Part shown: piece after piece, positions 50,604 to 59,221 of the stretch
How the letters are laid out: the number at the start of each line of letters is the position of its first letter
Position numbering within the stretch: position 1 is the stretch's first letter
Virus record (IMG/VR): IMGVR_UViG_3300020179_000028
Span: 1,287 to 65,286 of that record
Reading direction: 5' to 3' (one strand)
DNA: 64,000 nucleotides
From: a virus
Taxonomy: Duplodnaviria; Caudoviricetes
Program-made: the position numbers and the translations under genes
The notes under the pieces: generated by a model
The model's input: the letters and a program-made list of their open reading frames with translations, nothing else
The model's database searches: none
What the model was told of the DNA's origin: nothing

Positions 50604-51761
50604 TTAGCCCCAAGGAGCAAAGTTGAACGCTGGTGAGAAGCCAAATACACCGAAAGGTGAGAATCCGAAGACTCCGAATGGGGAGAAGCCAAATACACCG
50701 AAAGGTGAGAATCCGAAGACTCCAAATGGGGAGAAGCCGAATACACCAAATGGGGAGAAGCCGAACACTCCGAATGGGGAGAATCCGAAGACTGAGAATG
50801 GTGCAAAGGAAAATACGCCAAATGGTGAAAATCCAAATACCGAGAACGGTGTAAACTGGAAAGTAGTAATGCTAGATGATGAAGCAGAGTAATTTCCCAC
50901 ACCGTTTGCATTTTCTGCACGTACCTGATATGTCTGAGCGGTGCCACCTTCTTGATTAACCGAAACTGAGGTACCTGCTGTAGTTCCAGACTTTGAATCA
51001 GAAGATGTCCAAGTATATTGTGTAATAGATTTTCCACCATTTGATGGTGCTGACCAAGATACGCTATCTGTTGTTGATCCAGCAACATTTGTTCCAGAAG
51101 TTGGTGTAGGAGAAGAAACTGAAGGAGCACTTGGAGTATTAGGAACAGTTGTAATGGTTACAGATGCAGAAGCACTGCTTGCTGTCGAAGTTCCGTTTGC
51201 ATTTGTGGCAGTAACTGTTTTAGTACAACCATATGCTGATGCCAATCCTGTTACTGTTACAGGAGAAGACGATCCAGTTCCAGTCTGACCTCCGCTACTA
51301 GTTACAGTAAATACTGTAATTTCTTTTCCGCCAGTTGCGCCAGCAGTGAATGTTACTGTTGCAGCACCATTATTAAATGGTCTATTTGTTCCAACGTCTG
51401 TTGCTGTTCCTATTGTTGGTGCCTGTGGAACTGTAGTTGCAGTTATAGAATTAGAAGCACTTGATGCATCTCCAGTTCCTTCTGCATTTGTTCCCGTAAC
51501 TGTAAATGTATAAGAAGTTCCAGATTGAAGACCTTCAACTGTTATAGGAGAAGATGCACCTGTTCCAGTATACCCTCCTGGAGAAGATGTAACCGTATAA
51601 GATGTCGCTGCGTTAGGTCCAATTGGAGTAAATGTTACTGTTGCTGCTCCATTATTGTATGCACGACCAGTTCCAACGTCTGTTGCTGTTCCTATTGTTG
51701 GTGCATATGGAGTCAGGAAGTCATTGGCTCCCTGACTCATCCTACCTGCTTGCTTTGACAT
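50604..51761 (-). CDS. Three-Fn3-domain protein with C-terminal (FSPFGVFG)-type repeats
   Basis: P.APTIGTA...VTFT...Y.FTVT..N..G Fn3 units x3, then nine 8-aa repeats. Confidence 0.85.
   Translation of the reverse strand: MSKQAGRMSQGANDFLTPYAPTIGTATDVGTGRAYNNGAATVTFTPIGPNAATSYTVTSSPGGYTGTGASSPITVEGLQSGTSYTFTVTGTNAEGTGDASSASNSITATTVPQAPTIGTATDVGTNRPFNNGAATVTFTAGATGGKEITVFTVTSSGGQTGTGSSSPVTVTGLASAYGCTKTVTATNANGTSTASSASASVTITTVPNTPSAPSVSSPTPTSGTNVAGSTTDSVSWSAPSNGGKSITQYTWTSSDSKSGTTAGTSVSVNQEGGTAQTYQVRAENANGVGNYSASSSSITTFQFTPFSVFGFSPFGVFSFAPFSVFGFSPFGVFGFSPFGVFGFSPFGVFGFSPFGVFGFSPFGVFGFSPFGVFGFSPAFNFAPWG
50632..50855 (-). repeat. 24-bp-period coding repeat, 9 units
   Basis: Six exact FSPFGVFG units plus FTPFSVFG, FSPFGVFS and FAPFSVFG. 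Codons vary synonymously. Confidence 0.95.
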
Positions 51762-51784
51762 AGTTAATCTCCTTTAGTTTTTTA

Positions 51785-53842
51785 TTATGCTGATAAGTCG
51801 CCGAAAACTAACCATCCGCTTGAGGTTTTCATTGCTGTTGCAACTGAGTTGGTTGTTCTCAACTTTAAGCCTGGAGTTCCTACAACGCTGTTGGTTGAAG
51901 CAAACTGTGCTCCAGTACCAGAAGCCTGATAGAAGTCAATGGACTGTCCAGTTGAGTAGCCTGTTGCAGGAAGTGTTATTGTCACTGCTCCTGCTAAAGG
52001 AACAAACTTATCCTGCTCTCCTGCTGAAAGAGTTGCAGAAGATGTGAGTGCTGCTGCAAATGTTGTAATCGAAGGTACGCCAGCCTTTGCTTGTGTACCG
52101 TCAGAAAATACAATACCTGCTGCTGGTAGAGTTACTGTACCAGTAAATGTTGGAGAAGCCGAAGGAGCCTTAAGATCTACTTCTGTCTTTCCTGCGATAT
52201 TATCGTATGTAGATCCATCATTTGTAAACTGCCAAACATCGCTGGATTCATTCCATCTTATTTGAACATCATTAGAATCTCCACGCTTAATCTTTATTCC
52301 TGCATTTTCCGATGGAACACCACTAGTAAAGTTGCTGTTTAGATCGATAATATTATCAGCCAAAGAAATTGTTTCGCTGTTTACAGTTGTAGTTGTTCCG
52401 CTTACTGTTAGATTTCCACCAACAACAAGGTTTCCAGTTACTTCTGCGTTATCAGCAATATTTACTTTTCCTGAACCGTTTCCAGTTAAAGATAGGTCTG
52501 TATTTGCTGACTTGCTTGAAATTGCATCTGCATTAATTGCATTACCGAATACAATTGCATTTCCATCGCTGCTGGTTATATTGGATCCTCCCTCAATAAC
52601 CATTGCTGATTTAATCTGAATGTTACCAGTTCCTGTTGCATCTAGTTCAACATTACCGCTACCGCTTGTACGTAATGATAGGTTTTCATTAGCATCTGCA
52701 CGAACAACAATGTTGCCAGACTCGTCGTGAAGAACCTTTTGACCATTAACATATAGTGATCCTGGACCAACATAGAGGTCTTTCCACATTTTTGTTGGAG
52801 ATCCAAGGTCGTACGTGTTATCTGTAGATGGAACAATACTTCCACCTGCTGTTACTGTTGGAAGGACTACTGTTCCAGTAAATGTTGGTGATGCTAGTGG
52901 GGCCTTAAGATCCAATGCTGTCTGTGTTGCAGTAGATACTGGCTTATTGGCATCAGAGGTATTATTAACATTTTCAAGTCCAAGTGTGGCTGGTGTTACC
53001 GCAGCAACTTCTGACTTAAGTGCTAAAAGTGCTGTATCTGCGATACCATGAACATTTGTTGTTGTAGAGTTGTGATTAGTTAATGCTGTAGTTGCTGATG
53101 AAAGTGCAGCCTCAGCCTTTGCCTGTGCACCGCTAATTGTTTCAAGAACAGTTGTATCTGCTATTCCGTGAACGCTAGTAGTATCTGAACTATGTGTGCC
53201 AATTTCTGATCCTATTGCGTTATTTCTGTTTCCTACTTCTGTTGCAATAGCAGTATCAATTGCTTCACCTCTATTTGCTACTTCAGCAGCAATTGCATCG
53301 ACTATTGCTTCATTTCTATCTGTTACTTCATCAGCAATTGCAGCAACGATTGCTTCATTTCTATCTGTTACTTCATCAGCAATTGCAGCAACGATTGCTG
53401 TATTTCTATCTGCTACTTCTTGATCAATTGCAGTAACAATTGCTGCATTTCTATTGTCTACTTCTACTGAAATTGCATTGTTTACTGTAGAAGTCATATC
53501 TGCCGTATATACAAGATTTGCTGTATTACTAATTCCGTGTACGCTAGTTTGATCTGCATTATGATCGTCAATATATTGAGTTAATTCTGCATCTAATGCT
53601 ACGCCTTGTGGAATTAATGCTACATCAATCACGCCTTGTGCATTTAGTGTAACGATTCCTCCTACACCATCAAGACCATCTAAATTTTTAAAATAAGAGA
53701 GAACTGCCCAAGCCGAAGATCCGTTTCCAATTTTAAACTGGTTGGTATCGGTTTCAAATCCGATTTCTCCTGCTGCTAAAGTTGGGTTTGCTGCAGTCCA
53801 TTGCGCTGCGGTTCCTCTTCGCTGTTGCATTCTTGTTGCCAT
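51785..53842 (-). CDS. Tail fibre with Mtd-N-type N-terminus and 15-aa coiled-coil repeats
   Basis: MQQRRGTAAQW..NPTLAAGEIGFETDT, APLASPTFTG, C-terminal WLVFGDL domain. Confidence 0.8.
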   Translation of the reverse strand: MATRMQQRRGTAAQWTAANPTLAAGEIGFETDTNQFKIGNGSSAWAVLSYFKNLDGLDGVGGIVTLNAQGVIDVALIPQGVALDAELTQYIDDHNADQTSVHGISNTANLVYTADMTSTVNNAISVEVDNRNAAIVTAIDQEVADRNTAIVAAIADEVTDRNEAIVAAIADEVTDRNEAIVDAIAAEVANRGEAIDTAIATEVGNRNNAIGSEIGTHSSDTTSVHGIADTTVLETISGAQAKAEAALSSATTALTNHNSTTTNVHGIADTALLALKSEVAAVTPATLGLENVNNTSDANKPVSTATQTALDLKAPLASPTFTGTVVLPTVTAGGSIVPSTDNTYDLGSPTKMWKDLYVGPGSLYVNGQKVLHDESGNIVVRADANENLSLRTSGSGNVELDATGTGNIQIKSAMVIEGGSNITSSDGNAIVFGNAINADAISSKSANTDLSLTGNGSGKVNIADNAEVTGNLVVGGNLTVSGTTTTVNSETISLADNIIDLNSNFTSGVPSENAGIKIKRGDSNDVQIRWNESSDVWQFTNDGSTYDNIAGKTEVDLKAPSASPTFTGTVTLPAAGIVFSDGTQAKAGVPSITTFAAALTSSATLSAGEQDKFVPLAGAVTITLPATGYSTGQSIDFYQASGTGAQFASTNSVVGTPGLKLRTTNSVATAMKTSSGWLVFGDLSA
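53304..53399 (-). repeat. 45-bp direct repeat x2 (AIVAAIADEVTDRNE) with degenerate flanking copies
   Basis: attgcttcatttctatctgttacttcatcagcaattgcagcaacg occurs twice in tandem. Confidence 0.9.
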
Positions 53843-53904
53843 ATTTTTTTCTCTCCTTATGGTATTTCTACCAGTTTATTTCTGTGCTAATTATAACATC
53901 AATT

Positions 53905-54360
53905 TTAATTGAAATTATCTGTTGCACTACCTCCATCAAATACTAGCGTCCACTCTACCGAATCTGGTCCACCTGCATCTAACCCTATTCCAAGTGGACT
54001 ATTAAAAGCCCCACCCTCGTAGAATTGAGACACAATAAATCCAGTTCCATCAATTGCGGTATCGTGAATGTGTTGTGGAAGAGTATTTGTATCATCAATG
54101 GTTGCTTGTGTATACCAAATTCCATTGTAATAAACATTAACTCTTGCTGTTGATGTGTCAAACCATAAATCACCATTATCTGGTGTTGAGGGAGCGGTAG
54201 CCCCGACTTGCATACCGCTTGATACTGAATCTACATATGCTTTAGTAGCGGCATGGGTTGATAGTGTAGGGTTTGCTACAACTACCGTCCCGCCAAACTC
54301 ACCGCCACTTGTGACGATAAGTCCATTTTTAACCTTGAAGTCCTTACTGACTGTTGCCAA
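53905..54360 (-). CDS. Tail-fibre-associated protein
   Basis: AATKAYVD, APSTPDNGDLWFD, C-terminal DAGG/DGG motifs. Likely TTG start at 54360 after GGAG. Confidence 0.7.
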   Translation of the reverse strand: MATVSKDFKVKNGLIVTSGGEFGGTVVVANPTLSTHAATKAYVDSVSSGMQVGATAPSTPDNGDLWFDTSTARVNVYYNGIWYTQATIDDTNTLPQHIHDTAIDGTGFIVSQFYEGGAFNSPLGIGLDAGGPDSVEWTLVFDGGSATDNFN

Positions 54361-54390
54361 GATTACCACTCCCTCTTTTTATTTATTTTA

Positions 54391-55998
54391 TTACTTTAAA
54401 AGCGTTCCGATAGCAGCAACTGTTGAGTTGTTGTTAGCGGTAGTGACACGAAGACGAACATCGTTGCCAGAAACATCTGCTGAAACCGATCCAAGAGAAC
54501 CATTTGTTCCAACCATTGCGTATTCTGTGATAGCAACATTGTCTGATGTGTCAAGTGTCAAAATAACCTTTGAAACTTCTGTGTGAGTTCCATTGGCAAT
54601 CTTAACCAAAAATTCAGCAGAGCGATATGAAGCCTTAGCCCATGACACTGCTGTGTTTGTGCTTGCAGTTGCAACAGATGCTTCTGCTGCTACCTGCTTT
54701 GCTACAGATGCAATTTCTACTGCAGGGAAGTCTGGTGTGACTGCCTCAAGAGCAGATACTGCACGAGCATCTGTGAAGTATAGGTTTGAAGTACCTTCAA
54801 CAAGATCGTCAGTATCAGAATCTGCAACACCGTTTTCTGCGGTAATTGTAAGATTGTCTGAACCATCTTTAGTAATTACAATGTTTGTTTTTATTGCATT
54901 TGCAAGAAGCGTTGCTGCTTCTCCTTTTGCACGAGCAGCAGTGTAATACAAGTTTGTATTTTCTTCTACATCTGCTGTTGTGAGTGCATCTGCATGAGCA
55001 ATTGCTGCTGCTTGTGCAGCGTTAGCCTTGCTTGTAGCATCTGCTGCTGCAGTTGCTTCTGCTCCTGACTTTGCAGCATTAGCCTTTGAAGTGGCATCTG
55101 CTGAAGCGGTTGCTTCTGCTGCAGACTGTGCAGCGTTAGCCTTTGAGGTAGCATCTGCTGCTGCAGTTGAAACTGCATCTGCTTCTGCTGCATCAACATA
55201 TTGTTTTGTTGCTGCGCCAAGGGCTGCTGCTGGATCTGCTGAAAGGACAAGAAGTCCAGTCATTGTATCTCCAGCCTTTGAAACCTTAGTTCCTACTGAT
55301 GTAGTAAGAGTTGTAGCAAAGTTAGCATCATCGCCAATTGCTTCTGCCAACTCATTAAGGGTGTTAAGTAGTTCTGGTGCACCACTAACCAAGTCTGCAA
55401 CTTTTCCATCTGTGTAAGTATTTGCTGATGTAAGGGCATTATTAGCCTTGTCTGTTGCATCTAATGCTGCAAATCCAATTGCCTCTGATTGGGCAAAATT
55501 AGCCTTTGTAGTTGCATCTAATGCTGCTGTAGAGATTGCTTCTGACCTTGCATTATTAGCCTTGTTTGTTGCGTCATCTGCTGCAGTTGAGATTGCTTCG
55601 CTTTTTGCTGCTGCAACTTCTGCGTCTGTTGCAAAAGAACCTGCAACTGTTGCGTTTAATGTTACGTTTGCAGAACCATTAAATGAAACGGAACCTGCAA
55701 GATCTCCGCCCAATGTAATTGTGCGAGAAGTCTCAAGTGTTGTTGCTGTTGAAGCATTACCAGTTACATTACCAACGAGGTCTGCTGTAATTGTACCTGC
55801 AGCAAAGTTGCCTGAGCCATCACGCTTTACAACCTTGTTTGCTTCATTTGCTGATGTGGCTGTTCCGCCAATCAGGTTGACGATATAAGTTTGATCGTCA
55901 GTCTTCTTAGTAAGAATGTCATGGTTGTTGATGGTACCTGTTGTGCCTTCAACAATCAGACCATTTTTTACCTTAAAGTCTTTTGTGACTGTTGCCAT
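54391..55998 (-). CDS. Tail fibre with Ala-rich 19-aa coiled-coil repeats
   Basis: APELLNTLNELA.A.GDD.NFA, DATxKAN repeats, NLY(Y/F)T.ARA motifs. Confidence 0.8.
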   Translation of the reverse strand: MATVTKDFKVKNGLIVEGTTGTINNHDILTKKTDDQTYIVNLIGGTATSANEANKVVKRDGSGNFAAGTITADLVGNVTGNASTATTLETSRTITLGGDLAGSVSFNGSANVTLNATVAGSFATDAEVAAAKSEAISTAADDATNKANNARSEAISTAALDATTKANFAQSEAIGFAALDATDKANNALTSANTYTDGKVADLVSGAPELLNTLNELAEAIGDDANFATTLTTSVGTKVSKAGDTMTGLLVLSADPAAALGAATKQYVDAAEADAVSTAAADATSKANAAQSAAEATASADATSKANAAKSGAEATAAADATSKANAAQAAAIAHADALTTADVEENTNLYYTAARAKGEAATLLANAIKTNIVITKDGSDNLTITAENGVADSDTDDLVEGTSNLYFTDARAVSALEAVTPDFPAVEIASVAKQVAAEASVATASTNTAVSWAKASYRSAEFLVKIANGTHTEVSKVILTLDTSDNVAITEYAMVGTNGSLGSVSADVSGNDVRLRVTTANNNSTVAAIGTLLK

Positions 55999-56013
55999 TT
56001 ATTATCTCCTTGT

Positions 56014-56460
56014 TTACGCCTTAAGTCCAATTCGTGCAAAACGAACTGTGACTGGCTTAATCGCAGGATCTGGAGTAACCGTTAAGGATACTGTATTTCC
56101 AGCCCTGGAGACGCTAACGGTGCCAATATTCCCATCATTGTCTATTGTGCCATACTCAGAGACATTCACATTTGTGCCGTCTACCAAGATGGTCAACTCT
56201 GTTGCATAAAACTTGTTATCTCCCGCAGTTGTCTTTGCGATAGAAACAAGATACTTAATCATACGAAATTCTGTAGCATCAAAATTATCTATTACTGTTG
56301 GATTTTCAATGCCTGAAATTGTGTTTTCATTATTGCCCGATGACGCCAAGTCTGTTGAACGGGCTGAGGTTGAATCAATCAAGTCCTCATAGTCTTGCTG
56401 AGTGGGGCGATCCCCAGTCTCAAACTTTGTCTTTAAATTAGATATTGATATCTTGGCCAT
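56014..56460 (-). CDS. Virion structural protein
   Basis: KFETGDRPTQQDY.DLIDS N-terminus. C-domain paralogous to the C-terminus of 54391..55998. Confidence 0.65.
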   Translation of the reverse strand: MAKISISNLKTKFETGDRPTQQDYEDLIDSTSARSTDLASSGNNENTISGIENPTVIDNFDATEFRMIKYLVSIAKTTAGDNKFYATELTILVDGTNVNVSEYGTIDNDGNIGTVSVSRAGNTVSLTVTPDPAIKPVTVRFARIGLKA

Positions 56461-56493
56461 GATGGTATTATAACTCCTTTTTATGCTATTTTT

Positions 56494-56715
56494 TTAAAGA
56501 ATCCAGTTGCTAAATCCGATGACCTGCAATGGAATTGGGGGCGGGTTAGAAGAACTGTATCCCTCAATATTGATACTGGTAAATCTAACACGAAACGGCA
56601 ACGAATAATTAATTTTTACTGTAGGCTTTATTGTGTCTATATATTTTATTGAATGATCTATAGATTTAATATATTTTGTTTTATGTTTAAGGTCTGATAT
56701 TGTTGCTGTTGCCAT
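56494..56715 (-). CDS. Small hypothetical protein in the fibre cluster
   Basis: ORF with TAATG coupling. Confidence 0.55.
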   Translation of the reverse strand: MATATISDLKHKTKYIKSIDHSIKYIDTIKPTVKINYSLPFRVRFTSINIEGYSSSNPPPIPLQVIGFSNWIL

Positions 56716-57119
56716 TAATCGGTTACATCTTCGAGTATTTTAAGGCTACCTTGAGCAACCGTCCATACTCTTGTTGGGTCTGATAACTGAATATCAAAGA
56801 TATCTCCTGTTTGTAAAATTTGAGATTGTGCTGAAGTTAAGTAAACAGTAAACTCTCCATCTAAATCATCAGCATCGTGCTCTGGGTTTAAATGAAGAAC
56901 AAGTGTTGCATTATCTGTAATAACTCCTGCATCAGCACTATTTGTTGGTCTTTTAATTTTCATGTTAATAGCCCAATCTGGAATATTTAATGGTTGTCCA
57001 GCATCGTCTACTACATAAACTTTAAAACCAGATGTGTCTCCTCTAACTACTGTCCAAAGAACTGTAGGTGGCTTTTCACCAATATCATAAGAAGAAGCGG
57101 ATCCACGAAAATTTGCCAT
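56715..57119 (-). CDS. BppU-N-like baseplate/fibre adaptor
   Basis: VVRGDT...FDIQL...TVAQG...EDVT pattern. Confidence 0.6.
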   Translation of the reverse strand: MANFRGSASSYDIGEKPPTVLWTVVRGDTSGFKVYVVDDAGQPLNIPDWAINMKIKRPTNSADAGVITDNATLVLHLNPEHDADDLDGEFTVYLTSAQSQILQTGDIFDIQLSDPTRVWTVAQGSLKILEDVTD

Positions 57120-57136
57120 ACTGTGATTATATCATA

Positions 57137-57679
57137 TTAGGCTAATCCAGCCTTCAATGCCCCCCACGTTCCATTGCCTTTTGCCTCAACAATAATAACT
57201 CCATTTGTTGCATGTGCATATCCAACAATACCGACTGCACCAGAGCCTGCTGTTGGTCTTGTTGTTGTCAAACCACCATCTGGTCTACCAACATACAAAA
57301 CATCGCCAGTAGTAAAAGATGAAGTATTGATATTAGCAAGTACTCCAGCAACAACAACTTTTCCAATAGAATTATTATTTAATGTTGTTTTTAACAAACC
57401 CAATACTGGTTTTACAGAACCAGATGACCATAAACTTTCTGTATATTGTTTTATTCCAGGAACAGTAGATGCAAAATTAAAAATATAAACAGGGGTACCT
57501 GCTGGTAATGTTATACCGCTAACATTTTTAGCATCTATTTGTATAATTGAAACATCTATTGATTCTAATGATTCTTTGACATCTCCCGCCAATTGTTCTA
57601 AATCTCCGTGTACATTTACAGGGTCTGTAGATCTAGGAAATGCTATTTGAAACTGTCCTGATGTTTGATTAGTTGCCAT
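57137..57679 (-). CDS. Virion protein (decoration/fibre-like beta domain)
   Basis: N.SG.TLPAGTPVY...GKVVVAG...TS.F..GD.LYV...G.LTTTRP. Confidence 0.55.
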   Translation of the reverse strand: MATNQTSGQFQIAFPRSTDPVNVHGDLEQLAGDVKESLESIDVSIIQIDAKNVSGITLPAGTPVYIFNFASTVPGIKQYTESLWSSGSVKPVLGLLKTTLNNNSIGKVVVAGVLANINTSSFTTGDVLYVGRPDGGLTTTRPTAGSGAVGIVGYAHATNGVIIVEAKGNGTWGALKAGLA

Positions 57680-57709
57680 GAGATATATATTATACCACTT
57701 TTGAGATAT

Positions 57710-57739
57710 TTGACATTGAGTCTAAATTTGTGTTATACT
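57710..57739 (+). promoter_or_regulatory. Promoter for the transglycosylase gene
   Basis: TTGACA-18 nt-TATACT with TG extension. AAGGAGG RBS downstream. Confidence 0.75.
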
Positions 57740-57795
57740 AAGAAGTAATATGACACCCTTTAACAAGGTGTCATTATGTTTCTAAGGAGGAAACT

Positions 57796-58359
57796 ATGAT
57801 TAACTTTATGAATAATAACAGGAACATCATTGGTACACTCAGCATATTGGCTATGTTTTTCGTTTGGTCAAGCGTGGCTAATGCTCTTGAAAACCGATTA
57901 AACGATAGTAAAACTGTCGTGCTTGAAGAGACCATAGAGGCCACGGAAGTGGCCAAAATCGTTTCTAAGGCTAAAGAAGATCAGTTAGAAAAATATTCTA
58001 ATGCTACATCTCTATCTGATAAAGATCTAAAAAATCTATTGCAATTGGTAGGTTTTGAGGGTAAAAATCTTAAGGAGGCTTGGGCTATTGCTAAAAGAGA
58101 AAGTAATGGTCGACCATTTGCATTCAACGGAAATACTAAAACTGGAGACAGTTCATATGGTATTTTTCAAATAAACATGCTTGGAATGCTTGGTCCAGAT
58201 CGTCGTGACAAGTATGATTTAGATCACAATGCTGACTTATTTAATCCAGTTGTAAATGCACAAATTACCTATCAAATGACAAAAGGTGGAGAAAACTGGA
58301 GTGCCTGGAAAGGATTAACTCCAAGGGCTAAGGAATGGCTAACAAAATTCCCTAATTAA
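57796..58359 (+). CDS. Secreted/anchored lysozyme-fold lytic transglycosylase (SLT/Rpf-like)
   Basis: N-terminal signal/TM segment, AIAKRESNG (catalytic Glu), YGIFQIN, WSAW. Confidence 0.85.
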   Translation: MINFMNNNRNIIGTLSILAMFFVWSSVANALENRLNDSKTVVLEETIEATEVAKIVSKAKEDQLEKYSNATSLSDKDLKNLLQLVGFEGKNLKEAWAIAKRESNGRPFAFNGNTKTGDSSYGIFQINMLGMLGPDRRDKYDLDHNADLFNPVVNAQITYQMTKGGENWSAWKGLTPRAKEWLTKFPN

Positions 58360-59221
58360 TATTTATGGTTCCGTCTCTGTTAACAAAGCCAACAGACCCC
58401 ATAAATTGGTTATGAGAATCAAACATGTCGATAACCACATTTTTTGATAGTAGTCCAGCAGCCTGACTAAAGGCTGATCTGGACACTATTAAAACTTTTG
58501 CCTTTATCATTTTAATAAAAGCATCATAGGTTGATAAATTATTGTAAATTTGTATATTGCTACCAGCATTTTTTAACAATTCAAAGTTAATTGTTGTTAC
58601 TGGAAAATATCCGTTTTCATCACGATTAAGGTACGGCTGATTCCATTTATGCATCTGATCGTCATTTATAGGTTTATAAAGTTTGTTATTATTAGATGCA
58701 TCTGTAATGATTGATATTTGATCAATAGAAATATTTAATTTATCTAGCATATATGGAACTGATTTAATTAAATTAATATAAACATCTTCGTCTATCCATC
58801 TTGGGTTTTCCTTAATTACATTTCCACGCCTTATATGTATGACAACTTCATTATTGATTCCTTCAATATTATTAAATGTTGGTGCAAGTTTAGTAAAGTT
58901 TTGAAGTGATGGTATTATTCCCTGTGTCACTGGAAGTCCAGCGCCTGCCTTGTCACATAAAACAAAATTTGACAAATCGGAAAAATCGTAATCTTTCCAA
59001 GGATTGTCTATGACTGATAAAAATTTTTTTATAAATTCTTGTTTTTCTTCTTCGCTAGAAACCTTATCCGATTCATGTATCAAAAAGTTTGTAATTGGTG
59101 TGTCTTGAAAAACTAATCCATAATATTTTGCATAAGACATAGCATATATTTTTCTCCACAGTTGAGCACCTATTCCGTCTTCAATAACAAACTCTTTAAC
59201 TAATTCTTGTTTATTTTCCAT
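58352..59221 (-). CDS. GT11/NodZ-like (GDP-sugar, fucosyltransferase-fold) glycosyltransferase
   Basis: DGIGAQL, VIHIRRGN, IITD, AKVLIVSRSAFS. Confidence 0.7.
   Translation of the reverse strand: MENKQELVKEFVIEDGIGAQLWRKIYAMSYAKYYGLVFQDTPITNFLIHESDKVSSEEEKQEFIKKFLSVIDNPWKDYDFSDLSNFVLCDKAGAGLPVTQGIIPSLQNFTKLAPTFNNIEGINNEVVIHIRRGNVIKENPRWIDEDVYINLIKSVPYMLDKLNISIDQISIITDASNNNKLYKPINDDQMHKWNQPYLNRDENGYFPVTTINFELLKNAGSNIQIYNNLSTYDAFIKMIKAKVLIVSRSAFSQAAGLLSKNVVIDMFDSHNQFMGSVGFVNRDGTININ

Noticed and set aside
50632-50855. 24-bp periodic repeat as a CRISPR array
   Set aside because: There are no unique spacers. Variation is mostly at synonymous positions of an in-frame peptide repeat.
50576-51130. 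Alternative-frame ORF with SPH/YLAS repeats overlapping the Fn3 gene
   Set aside because: It is a frame-shifted reading of the same repeat. Nucleotide variation is synonymous in the FSPFGVFG frame, not in this one.
51785-53842. Diversity-generating retroelement suggested by the Mtd-like N-terminus
   Set aside because: Only the N-terminal anchor resembles Mtd. No reverse transcriptase or adenine-variant TR/VR pair is seen in the window.
57740-57795. c-di-AMP (ydaO) riboswitch ahead of the Rpf-like gene
   Set aside because: The leader is only about 50 nt with a single hairpin, which is too short.
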